Shown: positions 28,377 to 37,636, counted from the first letter of the stretch. The stretch is DNA of 64,000 nucleotides from Eubacteriales bacterium (GCA_045643785.1 JAZRFR010000257.1:6821-70820); one strand, 5' to 3'. Notes: generated by a model from the letters alone, not told the origin. Program-made: numbers and translations.

Positions 28377-29207
28377 TTAAAAAACTCCGAGAGAGAAGAA
28401 AATCCACAAGATGATGGACACGGCTAAAACTGAATCGCAACGATCCAAAACACCGCCGTGACCGGGGAAAATCTTGCCGAAATCCTTAATACCGTACTTG
28501 CGCTTGAGGAGAGACAGGGAGAGGTCTCCGATTTGAGAAACGATCGACACAAAGAGTCCCATGATGGCCATGAACCATATCGGCAGAGCGGAGCTTCCCT
28601 CCACGATCCAGAAATGGTTATACAATAGGCCAAAACCTACGAAGCCCAGCGTACAGAACACCATACCGCCTACGGCGCCTTCGATAGTTTTCTTGGGGCT
28701 GACGTCAGGGATAAGCTTGTGTTTCCCAAAAAGGACTCCGACAAAATATGCGAAAATATCCGTCATCCACGCGCCTACGAGGGTAAGCAGGTAAAAATAC
28801 TCGCCACCGGTTACAAGGTTGTGGATAAAAATGAGTCCCAAAAAGCCTATTACGGTGTATACCCACAGCATAAATGCGGTGGAAACATCGCGGATATCGG
28901 CTTTTCCGTGAGAGAAAACAGCCGCAGCCAGCATACAGAGCAGGGGAATGCAGAGCAAAAGAGCCATCAATTCCACGATCTGCATCCCGCAATACCACAA
29001 ACCAAAGGGTAATCCTGCAGCCATGACGTAAAGCGGAACAGACAACCAGATATTCTTATGTAAACCCACGCAATGCAGGATCTCGTACGTTGCAATCAAT
29101 GCAAAAATGGCAACTGCAATGGGCAGAACAATCGTGTCGGCAAAGAAGACAACCGGCACGAGAATAAAGCAGAATGCCACAATGCCTGTCAATATTCGTT
29201 TCAACAT
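28377..29207 (-). CDS. cdsA: Phosphatidate cytidylyltransferase
   Basis: Polytopic membrane protein with a C-terminal CTP-transferase signature region (SLLKRKYGIKDFGKIFPGHGGVLDRCDS). Confidence 0.85.
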   Translation of the reverse strand: MLKRILTGIVAFCFILVPVVFFADTIVLPIAVAIFALIATYEILHCVGLHKNIWLSVPLYVMAAGLPFGLWYCGMQIVELMALLLCIPLLCMLAAAVFSHGKADIRDVSTAFMLWVYTVIGFLGLIFIHNLVTGGEYFYLLTLVGAWMTDIFAYFVGVLFGKHKLIPDVSPKKTIEGAVGGMVFCTLGFVGFGLLYNHFWIVEGSSALPIWFMAIMGLFVSIVSQIGDLSLSLLKRKYGIKDFGKIFPGHGGVLDRCDSVLAVSIILWIFFSLGVF

Positions 29208-29258
29208 GGTATTATACCTGTCTTTCTGATTAGTCAGTAATTGATGGGATAATTGCTG

Positions 29259-29984
29259 TCAAAGACCGCCGTAGCGGCGTTTGCGGGAATAAAAATCGCG
29301 AACCATATCGTCCACATCGGAGGACGTCAGATCGGGCCAGAGCTTATCGGTAAAGTACAGCTCGGCATAGGCGGCTTGCCAAAGCAAGAAATTGGAGATG
29401 CGGAGATCGCCACCCGTACGGACGATCATATCGGGATCGCCGCTTTCGGCGGTATACAGGGCATTGGATATGTCCTCCTCGGTGACGGTGGTCTTTCCGT
29501 CGGCAACGAGGCTATTGAAGGCGTGCGCCAGTTCGGCGCGGCCGCCGTAGTTGAGGGCAATATTGATTATTCTATCGGAATCGGGATTCAGAGACTCGGC
29601 GTAGGCGATCTTTTCCTTCAACACGGGAGTGAGCACCGAGGTATCGCCGATGAAACGGATGCGGTTACTGCATTTCTCATAGTCCCTCATGAGTTCATCC
29701 AAAAAGCCATCCAACAGATTCATGATGGCATCCACCTCGTGCTTGGGACGCTTCCAGTTTTCGGTGGAAAATGCGTAGACTGTAACGGCCTTAAAGCCGA
29801 TCTCGTGACAGTACGAGCAGATCTTGCGGAAGGTTTCGGCGCCCGCCTTGTGGCCGTACTCTCGGGGCATGCCCCGCTTTTTCGCCCAGCGGCCGTTGCC
29901 ATCCATGATGAAGGCGATGTGCCGGAAATTGGCGTCAACCTTGACGGCGGCGTTTTTCTTGTTGTCTTTTTCAAAAAGAGGCAT
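29259..29984 (-). CDS. uppS: Isoprenyl transferase (undecaprenyl diphosphate synthase)
   Basis: HIAFIMDGNGRWAKKRGMPR, AFSTENWKRP and DLRISNFLLWQAAYAELYF motifs. Confidence 0.9.
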   Translation of the reverse strand: MPLFEKDNKKNAAVKVDANFRHIAFIMDGNGRWAKKRGMPREYGHKAGAETFRKICSYCHEIGFKAVTVYAFSTENWKRPKHEVDAIMNLLDGFLDELMRDYEKCSNRIRFIGDTSVLTPVLKEKIAYAESLNPDSDRIINIALNYGGRAELAHAFNSLVADGKTTVTEEDISNALYTAESGDPDMIVRTGGDLRISNFLLWQAAYAELYFTDKLWPDLTSSDVDDMVRDFYSRKRRYGGL

Positions 29985-30007
29985 CTTGCTTCCCTTTCTG
30001 TGCGTGA

Positions 30008-30033
30008 AAGGGCGGGCTTTTTCGCCCGCCCTT
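30008..30033 (-). other. Perfect 10-bp GC-rich hairpin in the frr-uppS spacer
   Basis: AAGGGCGGGC-tttttc-GCCCGCCCTT. There is no U tract on either strand. It may be an attenuator or stability element rather than a canonical terminator. Confidence 0.35.
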
Positions 30034-30068
30034 TGCGTATCAGATATTCGAGTATCGCGGAGGTGCGA

Positions 30069-30623
30069 TCAGATCGCCATAAGCTCCTTCTCCTTGGCGG
30101 AGGTGAGAACGTCAATCTTCTTGATGAACTTATCGGTGACATCCTGGATGGCCTTCTCGGCGTCCTTGACCTCATCCTCGGTCATGGTGCCATCCTTCTT
30201 GGCCTTCTTGGTCTCGTCCATGGCATCACGGCGGATGTTACGGAGAGCGACCTTGGCTTCCTCGCCCATGCCCTTGACCTGCTTAGCCAGAGCCTTACGG
30301 CGCTCCTCGGTCAGCTGGGGGAATACGAGGCGGAGTACGGTACCGTCGTTCTGGGGGTTGATACCCACGTCAGAGATCTGGATAGCCTTCTCCATAGCCT
30401 TCAGGGTGGACTTATCGTAGGGGGTGATGACCAGCGTGCGGGCATCGGATACGGAAATGGCGGCCATGTCCTTGATGGGGGTTGCGGCGCCGTAATAGTC
30501 GAAAGTGACGCGGTTGAGGACGCCTGCGTTAGCCTGGCTTGCGCGGACGTCGGCGAGGTTGTTCTCGTATGAGGCAATGGCCTTTTCCATTCTGCCTTCA
30601 AGTGCTTTGGTGTTGTACTTCAT
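30069..30623 (-). CDS. frr: Ribosome recycling factor
   Basis: 184 aa, with LRLVFPQLTEERRKALAKQVK and VALRNIRRDAMD typical of Frr. Confidence 0.92.
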   Translation of the reverse strand: MKYNTKALEGRMEKAIASYENNLADVRASQANAGVLNRVTFDYYGAATPIKDMAAISVSDARTLVITPYDKSTLKAMEKAIQISDVGINPQNDGTVLRLVFPQLTEERRKALAKQVKGMGEEAKVALRNIRRDAMDETKKAKKDGTMTEDEVKDAEKAIQDVTDKFIKKIDVLTSAKEKELMAI

Positions 30624-30761
30624 GGTGGTGTTTCCTTTCTATGTTCCTGTTTTCGTTTATGATTTACTTATCGTTACAAACCTTTTCAAATCTGCTTGAA
30701 AAGCTTTTGAAGTCTTGAAATCTTTTGCAAATGATTTCAAGCGGATGCGGGCAGGACCCGC

Positions 30762-31481
30762 TCAATTGTGCATCCGCGTGCCCACGGGCTCGCCCATGAC
30801 GGCGCGGTAGATGTTTTCGGGATCAGCCAGACCGAAGCCGTAGGACTCAATGTTGTTGTCCTGGCAGAAGATCACGGCGGACATATCGAAGGCGCGGAGA
30901 TTCTTTTCGATGATCTCGGCGTAGGTCACGTCGTAGATGGGAGTGGCGTTGGGATCTTTGCGGGGGTCAGCGGTGTAGATGTAGTCAATGTTCTTGGCCA
31001 TGAGAATGGCGTCAGCTCCGATCTCGGCGGCGCGAAGCGCGGCGCCTGTGTCGGTGGAGAAGTAGGGAGAACCCGTACCGCCTGCAAAGATGACGATCTT
31101 CCCTTCCTTCAGGAGTCGATCGGCGTGTCTCGCGGTATAGTGGTCAGCGTAGGTATCCATTTCCACGGCGGACATAACGGTGGCGTCCATACCGTTTCGG
31201 ATAAACGCATCGGAGAGAGCGATGGCGTTCATGGTGGTAGCCAACATGCCCATATGGTCGGCGCGGGTACGCTGCATTTTGACGGATCCCGTCACGCCGC
31301 GCCAGATATTACCGGCACCCACGACGATGCCGATTTCAACACCTGCGGCCAGACACTTTTTCAGAACGGCGGCTATCCGATCGATAAACGAGAAGTCCAG
31401 AATGCTGTCCTTCTGACCGTTTGCCAGGGCTTCACCCGAGAGCTTGAGGAGAATTCTGTGATATTTCGGTTGCTGATTCAT
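30762..31481 (-). CDS. pyrH: UMP kinase
   Basis: YHRILLKLSGEAL, VVGAGNIWRG and FAGGTGSPYFSTDTGAALRAAEI motifs. Confidence 0.92.
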   Translation of the reverse strand: MNQQPKYHRILLKLSGEALANGQKDSILDFSFIDRIAAVLKKCLAAGVEIGIVVGAGNIWRGVTGSVKMQRTRADHMGMLATTMNAIALSDAFIRNGMDATVMSAVEMDTYADHYTARHADRLLKEGKIVIFAGGTGSPYFSTDTGAALRAAEIGADAILMAKNIDYIYTADPRKDPNATPIYDVTYAEIIEKNLRAFDMSAVIFCQDNNIESYGFGLADPENIYRAVMGEPVGTRMHN

Positions 31482-31589
31482 GGGAAATCACCTCGTCCGT
31501 ATAGATTCATAATATTATACTATAAATCTTAAAAAATATATACAGTATTTTTGTGAACATTCCGCGTTTTTTGCAAAAAATTCTCTTTT

Positions 31590-33227
31590 TTATGCGATCA
31601 CGTTGAACGCTACGTCAAAAGCGTGTGCGCCGCAACGAACCGTGATCTTCCCTTCGCCAACTTTTCCCGTAGGAAGGACGTTGCCATCGGAACGGATTTC
31701 GAAAAGGTCGGGTGTATGGTTCTCATAGGTCACGCCGTCGTCGCCGCAGAGCTCAAACCAGGTGCCGTCGGCGTAAGTGGCCAAACCGCGGATCTGCTTC
31801 ATTTCCCGCTTGGCAAGAGAGGCGGTATAGGTCGTGATGAGGGGAATGAAGGAATTGACTTCCTTCTCGGGATGAGGCTTCCAATCGGGATCGACATGGG
31901 GACGGGCATTGTCCACGTAGGCAAGGAACTCGCAGAAAAGATCCTGATAGGTAGCGCGGACGTAGGTATAACCCTCGGCCAAAGCGGTGGCCTTTCCGTT
32001 TTCAATGGAGAGGATGGCGGGATCGTAATCGAAGTAGGCAACCTCGCCCTCCACAGGGCGCATGGCGTAGGTCACGTCGCCCGTCATCATGGGGATCTCA
32101 ACTGTCTCCCCGACGCGAAGGCGGCGGAAATGGGGCTTTGCCAGGTAGAGCATGGAGGGCTTGAACTCGGTAGGATCGTCCATTTTCTCGATCTCGTGGT
32201 GGAGATTCTCGAAGGGAGTTTCGTCGTAGAAGTCAGCCTCCATGGCCTCGAAGGAGTAGTCGTGGATGCGGGTACCCCAGCAGCCCCACTGATTACCGTA
32301 GGCATAGGCCAGAAGCATGGTATCTCCCGACTTGATATGGTGCTGTGCATCCCCCGAAATACCGCAGTTGTGGCACATCCAGCCTGTATTGACCTTGATG
32401 CTGTTCACACGGGTAAAGCGCAGGCCGTCGTCGGACTCATAAACAGCGAGAACGCTGTCGGCGGTGAAACGGCGGTCGGTGGACAGGGCGATAAACTTAC
32501 CCAGATCCTCGCAGTACACTACGTCGTAGGAGTCGTTCCCTCCACCTGTTCGCTTGGAAGCCATGCCGTGATAGGTGAGCGCTCCGGGCCAGTTCTCGTC
32601 GGTAATATTGGCGGTGGCCACTCGGGTCTCTCCGATGGGCTTTCCATCACGATCTTTGGAGGTCCAAGTATAGTAAATGTAAATGGTCTCATCCTTGATG
32701 ACGAAGGAGAATTCGCCCGCGCCCCAGTTGTGCCAGTCCTCGTCGTAGTAGATGACGGGGGCGGGTTTACCCAGCCAGTTCAGCGTACCGTCAGCAGTTT
32801 CGCGGGTCTCGCCCCAGCCTGCTCCGTTCCAGCGCTCGAAGGGACCCTCGGGGGACTTGGAGCGGCCGATGAAGCCGTTATTGCACACGCCGCCGCCGTT
32901 GGCGAAGACGGTGGAGGTATAGCCGATGTAGTAGTACTCGCCATACTTGATAACGGCGGGATCACAGACCGAGAACCAGTCCATGGAGTCAGGAACGGGT
33001 GCCATGACCATCTTTTCGTCCGTCCAGGTTTTTCCGCCATCAACGGACTTGCGGTAGGTGAACCAGTCGGCCTCATAGCAGTCACCGGGAGAGGCGAACC
33101 AAGCGTGACAGACGCCGTCCTCCACCATGATGGTGGGGCCATAGCGGTAACCCCAGGACTGGGATTTTCTGGGCATGTAGATGTCGCGGCCGGAGTCGGG
33201 GAGAATGAGTTTGAAATGCTTGCTCAT
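31590..33227 (-). CDS. Cytoplasmic beta-propeller glycoside-hydrolase-like protein (GH43-like, with BNR/Asp-box) and C-terminal Ig-like domains
   Basis: No signal peptide. Asp-box SVDGGKTW; CDPAVIKYGEYYYIGYTS resembles five-bladed-propeller GH families. The C-terminal ~170 aa looks like Big_2-type repeats (KATALAEGYTYVRATY). Confidence 0.4.
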   Translation of the reverse strand: MSKHFKLILPDSGRDIYMPRKSQSWGYRYGPTIMVEDGVCHAWFASPGDCYEADWFTYRKSVDGGKTWTDEKMVMAPVPDSMDWFSVCDPAVIKYGEYYYIGYTSTVFANGGGVCNNGFIGRSKSPEGPFERWNGAGWGETRETADGTLNWLGKPAPVIYYDEDWHNWGAGEFSFVIKDETIYIYYTWTSKDRDGKPIGETRVATANITDENWPGALTYHGMASKRTGGGNDSYDVVYCEDLGKFIALSTDRRFTADSVLAVYESDDGLRFTRVNSIKVNTGWMCHNCGISGDAQHHIKSGDTMLLAYAYGNQWGCWGTRIHDYSFEAMEADFYDETPFENLHHEIEKMDDPTEFKPSMLYLAKPHFRRLRVGETVEIPMMTGDVTYAMRPVEGEVAYFDYDPAILSIENGKATALAEGYTYVRATYQDLFCEFLAYVDNARPHVDPDWKPHPEKEVNSFIPLITTYTASLAKREMKQIRGLATYADGTWFELCGDDGVTYENHTPDLFEIRSDGNVLPTGKVGEGKITVRCGAHAFDVAFNVIA

Positions 33228-33254
33228 GGTATGTACCTGCCTTTCATTATATCC

Positions 33255-33911
33255 TTATTCGTCCTTCCAGACGAAATGATAGTTAATGGATTCACCGCCG
33301 TCCACCAGAATGCTTTGCCCCGTGCAGAAGGTATTGACTACGGTGAGAAAATACGCCCAATCCGCCATTTCCTCGGGAGTCGCCCACTTCTTCAGGGGGG
33401 TCTCCTCCATGATCTGCGCCCAGAGGTCGGGGTCATTCAGCACGCAGTCGTTGAGGGGGGTGATGACACCGCCCGGATCGAGGCTGTTGCAGGTGGCACC
33501 ATACCGAGCGACCCGCATAGCCACGTTTTTGGTGTAGGCCAAAACACCGCCTTTGGATGCGCAGTAGAGGGGGAACTCCGCTCCCGTGTGGGCGCTGGCC
33601 GAGCCGATGTGAAGAATGGACTTAATGGCGGGTTGGATGCCGTAGGTCTCGGTCATATGGATGAGGGCTTTGAGGTTGATATCGATATCGTCCTCGTTCT
33701 GGGTGCCCGCGTTGTTGATGAGGATCTCCACGCCGTCAAGAGTGGGGAGATGCGCCTTGTCGCGGATATCGCACACATAGTGGGTATAGTTTTCGTGGTC
33801 GATGCTTCCCTCCTGCCGATCGATACCGATGACAGTATGACCCTCGTTCAGGAACTTTACCGCGATGGCGCGGCCAATGCCTTGGGTGGTGCCGGTTATG
33901 AGGATCTTCAT
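33255..33911 (-). CDS. SDR family oxidoreductase
   Basis: MKILITGTTQGIGRAIA Rossmann motif and YCASKGG catalytic Y-x3-K. Its ATG overlaps the yhhQ stop (ATGA at 33908-33911). Confidence 0.8.
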   Translation of the reverse strand: MKILITGTTQGIGRAIAVKFLNEGHTVIGIDRQEGSIDHENYTHYVCDIRDKAHLPTLDGVEILINNAGTQNEDDIDINLKALIHMTETYGIQPAIKSILHIGSASAHTGAEFPLYCASKGGVLAYTKNVAMRVARYGATCNSLDPGGVITPLNDCVLNDPDLWAQIMEETPLKKWATPEEMADWAYFLTVVNTFCTGQSILVDGGESINYHFVWKDE

Positions 33912-34654
33912 ACGCGATTCCTTTCTATGTGTTCCAAATACTCTTTACCCACGTTGTTTTCCCTCCATTTTTTCACCATGCGATAACCAATGGGGGAGAA
34001 AATGATCTCCATGATGACCTCAGCCACGGCTCCCGTCAGGGCGCACATGGCACATTGGAGGGGAGTCCAACAGAAGCCGTCCCAGAAAATGGGTGCGAAC
34101 ACGGTGAAAACGATGATGGAGAACAGGAAATTATCGAAGAACTGCCCGATAAAAGTGGAAACGTAGGTTCGCATGGCGTAGGCCAGCTTGCCGTCGGGAT
34201 TCTTGCGAAAGCTCTTTCCGATCAGCCAGTTCAGCGTATTGTTCAAAACGGCAGAGGCCAGAAACGCCACAGTGCTACCCAGCAGGATGAACCACGTACC
34301 GCCAAAAATACCGTCAAAGGCGGAATAATCCCCTGCGTTGGAAGGAATGGCGGCGGCAATGAAGAAGATCAGACAGGTCAGAAGGTTAATACCGCAGGCC
34401 AAGACGGATATGCGGTTGGAGGCGCCCGGACCGAAGTGCTTGGTGATGATGTCCATGCACATGAAGGACAGCCAGGAGATGAGGATGCCGCCATCCAGCG
34501 CGATCCAAGGAAGTTGAAGGAGGGTCTTGTTGGCCAGCAGGTTCATGCAGATGACCGAGACCACAAAGAGGGTCACCACCGTGGCGGGGATAGAGCGCAA
34601 AAGGATCTTGGTGTCGGTGTATTCCCGTTTGAGCCATGCTCGCAGAGTGTTCAT
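33908..34654 (-). CDS. yhhQ: Queuosine precursor transporter (YhhQ/VUT family) homolog
   Basis: Six-TM protein. The segment LANKTLLQLPWIALDGGILISWLSFMCMDIITKHFG is typical of YhhQ/DUF165. Confidence 0.75.
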   Translation of the reverse strand: MNTLRAWLKREYTDTKILLRSIPATVVTLFVVSVICMNLLANKTLLQLPWIALDGGILISWLSFMCMDIITKHFGPGASNRISVLACGINLLTCLIFFIAAAIPSNAGDYSAFDGIFGGTWFILLGSTVAFLASAVLNNTLNWLIGKSFRKNPDGKLAYAMRTYVSTFIGQFFDNFLFSIIVFTVFAPIFWDGFCWTPLQCAMCALTGAVAEVIMEIIFSPIGYRMVKKWRENNVGKEYLEHIERNRV

Positions 34655-34677
34655 TCTTGAGATTCCTTTGTATGTAA

Positions 34678-34743
34678 GTCTTGTTTTTTAGTACCGTAGG
34701 GGCGAGCATTGCTCATCCGCGGACGGCAATGGCCGCCCCTACG
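34678..34743 (-). promoter_or_regulatory. Long imperfect hairpin plus A-rich tail in the sigG-yhhQ spacer (terminator-like element or candidate preQ1-type leader)
   Basis: The minus strand reads CGUAGGGGCG-GC-CAUUGC-[13 nt]-GCAAUG-CU-CGCCCCUACG (34743-34695), followed by GUACUAAAAAACAAG. The SD (AAAGGAA) and ATG follow ~25 nt later. Confidence 0.3.
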
Positions 34744-34744
34744 A

Positions 34745-35524
34745 TCATAATTGTTTTCGCAGTTTTTCCAGCGCCGCCTTTTCCACGCGGGACACTTGCG
34801 CCTGGGAGATGCCGATCTCGGCGGCAATCTCCATCTGGGTCTTATCCTTGTAGTAGCGCAGATGGATGATTTTCTGCTCACGGGGAGTCAGGGTTCTGAC
34901 CGCTTCGCGGAGGGCGATATTCTCCAACCAAGATTCGTCGGTGGAGTCGCGGGAGGTATCGGAGAGCTGATCGATCACGTAAAGGGAGTCCCCGTTCTCG
35001 GAAAAGACCGGCTCATAGAGAGATATCGGCTCAATGATGGCCTCCATGGCGTTCACAATCTGTTCGCGTGACACACCGACGTGAGCGGCGATCTCATCGG
35101 GAGTCGGATCCCGATCCAACGCAACCGATAGCTCGTCCCGCGCCTGGAGGGATTTATATGCCAAATCACGAACCGAGCGGCTGATGCGCACCGGCGCGGA
35201 ATCCCGCAGGTAACGGCGCACTTCCCCGATAATCATGGGAACGGCATAGGTGGAAAACATGACCTCCTTTTCGATGTCGAAATTATCCACCGCCTTGATA
35301 AGCCCGATACACCCGACCTGAAACAGATCGTCGGGATTTTCCTTCCGTCCCGTGAAGCGTTGAACGATGGAGAGAACCAAGCGGAGATTTCCGCAGATCA
35401 TCTCCCGCCGCGCTTCCTCGTCACCCGCTCTGACACGTTTCATCAGGGCTTGCTTCTCCTCTTCGGTCAATACTCTCAATTTGGAGGTATTGACCCCGCA
35501 TATCATGACTTTGTTGTGGTACAT
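34745..35524 (-). CDS. sigG: Sporulation sigma factor SigG (forespore late)
   Basis: MYHNKVMICGVNTSKLRVLTEEE...GDEEARREMICGNLRLVLSIVQRF...DDLFQVGCIGLIKAVDNFD closely follows the SigG/SigF family pattern. Start set at ATG 35524 (GGGAGA SD). Confidence 0.85.
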   Translation of the reverse strand: MYHNKVMICGVNTSKLRVLTEEEKQALMKRVRAGDEEARREMICGNLRLVLSIVQRFTGRKENPDDLFQVGCIGLIKAVDNFDIEKEVMFSTYAVPMIIGEVRRYLRDSAPVRISRSVRDLAYKSLQARDELSVALDRDPTPDEIAAHVGVSREQIVNAMEAIIEPISLYEPVFSENGDSLYVIDQLSDTSRDSTDESWLENIALREAVRTLTPREQKIIHLRYYKDKTQMEIAAEIGISQAQVSRVEKAALEKLRKQL

Positions 35525-35553
35525 GGTAAATCTCCCATTTTTCGAGATGAGAC

Positions 35554-35583
35554 AAGTATGTACCACAGGTGGCCGGGATATAC
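35554..35583 (-). promoter_or_regulatory. Candidate forespore-type (SigF/SigG) promoter upstream of sigG
   Basis: The minus strand reads GTATA (35583-35579), 18 nt, CATACTT (35560-35554). This is compared with my recollection of the SigG-type GHATR-N18-CATxxTA consensus, and the last position mismatches. Confidence 0.3.
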
Positions 35584-35743
35584 AGGATAAAATTCGAGGG
35601 AAATTGACTCACCTCGGGAAAGCAAAGAACGCACCAAGCGGGCGCCCGTCGCAGAAATCTTCTGCGGGCGCACACGCAGGTGCGCCCCTACGGGTGTGTC
35701 TTTGGAAATTCGATCAGCCGTTCAACGAAGGCGTATGGCGGCT

Positions 35744-36466
35744 TTAGCCGTTGTAAGCCAGTTCGTCGCAAATGACGGTCACGTCACGGTGGAGATTGAG
35801 CATGGAGGCGGGGCAGGAGGTATCCAGCTTCCCTGCCAGCATCTTGGCGACAGCGTCGTGCTTGGCGGCACCGTTGGCCAGAATAATGATCTTCTTGGCG
35901 CCCAGAATGGTACCGATGCCCATGGTCAGAGCCTTTGTGGGCACGTCAGCCTCGGAGGCGAAGAAGCGGGCGTTGGCCTTGATGGTGGATTCCGTCAAGC
36001 CTGTCACGTGGGTCTTGACTTCCAGCGCCGTGTCGGGCTCGTTGAAGCCGATGTGACCGTTCTGACCGATGCCCAATACCTGAACGTCAGCGGCGCCAAC
36101 GGATGCGACGATCTCCTCATAGGCCTCGCATGCGGCAACGGGATCCGAAGCCTGACCGTCAGGGACGAAGGTACGGGTCTTGTCGATGTTGACGTGATTG
36201 AACAGGTTCTCGTTCATGAAGTAGCGGTAGGACTGGTCGTTTTCGGGGGAGATGGGGTAGTACTCGTCGAGGTTAACGGTGGTAACCTTGGAAAAGTCGA
36301 TCTCGCCTGCCTTGTTCATCTCGATGAGCTTCTTGTACATACCCACAGGGGTAGAGCCGGTAGCCAGACCCAGCACGCAGGCGGGGTTTGCCTTCATAAC
36401 GTCAGCCAAAATATTGGCGGCGGCGGCAGACATTTCGTCGTAGTTCTTGCAAACGATGAGGTTCAT
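35744..36466 (-). CDS. nagB: Glucosamine-6-phosphate deaminase
   Basis: VLGLATGSTPVGMYKKL, VTTVNLDEY and LGIGQNGHIGFNEP motifs. Confidence 0.9.
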   Translation of the reverse strand: MNLIVCKNYDEMSAAAANILADVMKANPACVLGLATGSTPVGMYKKLIEMNKAGEIDFSKVTTVNLDEYYPISPENDQSYRYFMNENLFNHVNIDKTRTFVPDGQASDPVAACEAYEEIVASVGAADVQVLGIGQNGHIGFNEPDTALEVKTHVTGLTESTIKANARFFASEADVPTKALTMGIGTILGAKKIIILANGAAKHDAVAKMLAGKLDTSCPASMLNLHRDVTVICDELAYNG

Positions 36467-36523
36467 AGGAGGTTCCTTCCTTTCGGTTGATAAAAATAGT
36501 GTATCCGTTATCGGGGAGAAATA

Positions 36524-37636
36524 TTACCAAGCGTCGCTCTCATCCTCGGGGATGGCTTCCTTCATGGCCACGATGGCGCACTCGATCATGGAATCATCGG
36601 GTTCAAGGACCGTGATGTGCTGCAACCACACGCCGGGAAGAGAGATCAGGCGGGTGAGCCAATTATCAAAACGGCCGCAGAATTTGATCAGCTCGTAGCC
36701 GAGACCCATGATGAGGGGGAAAACGGCCAGTTTACACAGGACACGGAAAATGGTGGGGAGATCGGCAGGGATAAAGAATCCAACGACGATGGAAACAATC
36801 ATCATCAGAATGAGGAATGAGGTACCGCAACGGGGGTGGAAGCGGCGTTCCTTACGGATATTCTCAACGGTCAATTCAAGTCCGTGCTCGTAGCAGAAGA
36901 TAGTCTTATGCTCGGCACCGTGGAACTGGAAGGTGCGGCGGATATCCTTCAAAAGAAGCATGACGGACATATAACCGAGCAACAGAACAACTCGAAGAAT
37001 ACCCTCAAAAATCGATTGAACGAAACGGTTATCGGCATCGATCCAGGAAATGTAGCGGGCAAGCACATCATCGTACAGCCATGCGGGCAAAACGATGAAC
37101 AAACCAACGGCGAGGACGATAGCGAAAAGCACGCTGACGATCATGATGACGGTCATCAGAGCCGAGGATTCCTCCTTTTTCTTGGCAGGCGCTTCAGTTG
37201 CGGAAGCAGACTCGGTGGGAGTATCAGCAGGGGCGTCGGCCTCGACAGGCTCGACGGGAGTTTCGGCTACGGGCTCGATGATTCCCTTCTTCGCGGCTTT
37301 GGCTGCTTTTTTGGCGGCCTTTTTCGCGGCTTTCTCCCGCTCCATTTCGGCTTCTGCCTCCTCAAGACCGGAGATCTCGGCGGAGCGCATGAGGCACTTA
37401 TAGCCGAAGGTCATGGAATCGATAAAGCCGAAGATGCCGCGGATGATGGGCCAGCGGCAAATAGCGGGGCGTTTCTTCCCTTCAGTGGGAAATGTTTCCA
37501 GGATGATCTCACCCTTGGGATTACGGACGGCCATGGCAGTGGTCTTAGGGCCACGCATCATGATGCCTTCCATAAGAGCCTGACCGCCGATGGAGGTCTT
37601 CCTCACGGGGCAAGCGTTGGGCTGTTTCTTACTCAT
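36524..37636 (-). CDS. DUF1385 domain-containing membrane protein (YqhQ-like) with a K/A/E-rich insertion
   Basis: SIGGQALMEGIMMRGP...AVRNPKGEI start, HGAEHK motif and TM helices. There is a low-complexity insert EKAAKKAAKKAAKAAKK...EAPAKKKEE. Start set at ATG 37636 (AAAGGAAA SD). Confidence 0.75.
   Translation of the reverse strand: MSKKQPNACPVRKTSIGGQALMEGIMMRGPKTTAMAVRNPKGEIILETFPTEGKKRPAICRWPIIRGIFGFIDSMTFGYKCLMRSAEISGLEEAEAEMEREKAAKKAAKKAAKAAKKGIIEPVAETPVEPVEADAPADTPTESASATEAPAKKKEESSALMTVIMIVSVLFAIVLAVGLFIVLPAWLYDDVLARYISWIDADNRFVQSIFEGILRVVLLLGYMSVMLLLKDIRRTFQFHGAEHKTIFCYEHGLELTVENIRKERRFHPRCGTSFLILMMIVSIVVGFFIPADLPTIFRVLCKLAVFPLIMGLGYELIKFCGRFDNWLTRLISLPGVWLQHITVLEPDDSMIECAIVAMKEAIPEDESDAW

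Noticed and set aside
29253-30572. A 439-aa plus-strand ORF.
   Set aside because: It is antisense to uppS and frr, both of which are unambiguous.
31623-33986. A 787-aa plus-strand ORF, the longest unexplained ORF in the track.
   Set aside because: It runs antisense across two recognisable minus-strand genes (the GH43-like gene and the SDR), the spacer between them, and the first ~80 nt at the 3' end of yhhQ. Its product is low-complexity (rich in G, V, A, D and H) and has no SD or family motif. It is a typical shadow ORF, created by GC-rich third-codon positions on the opposite strand.
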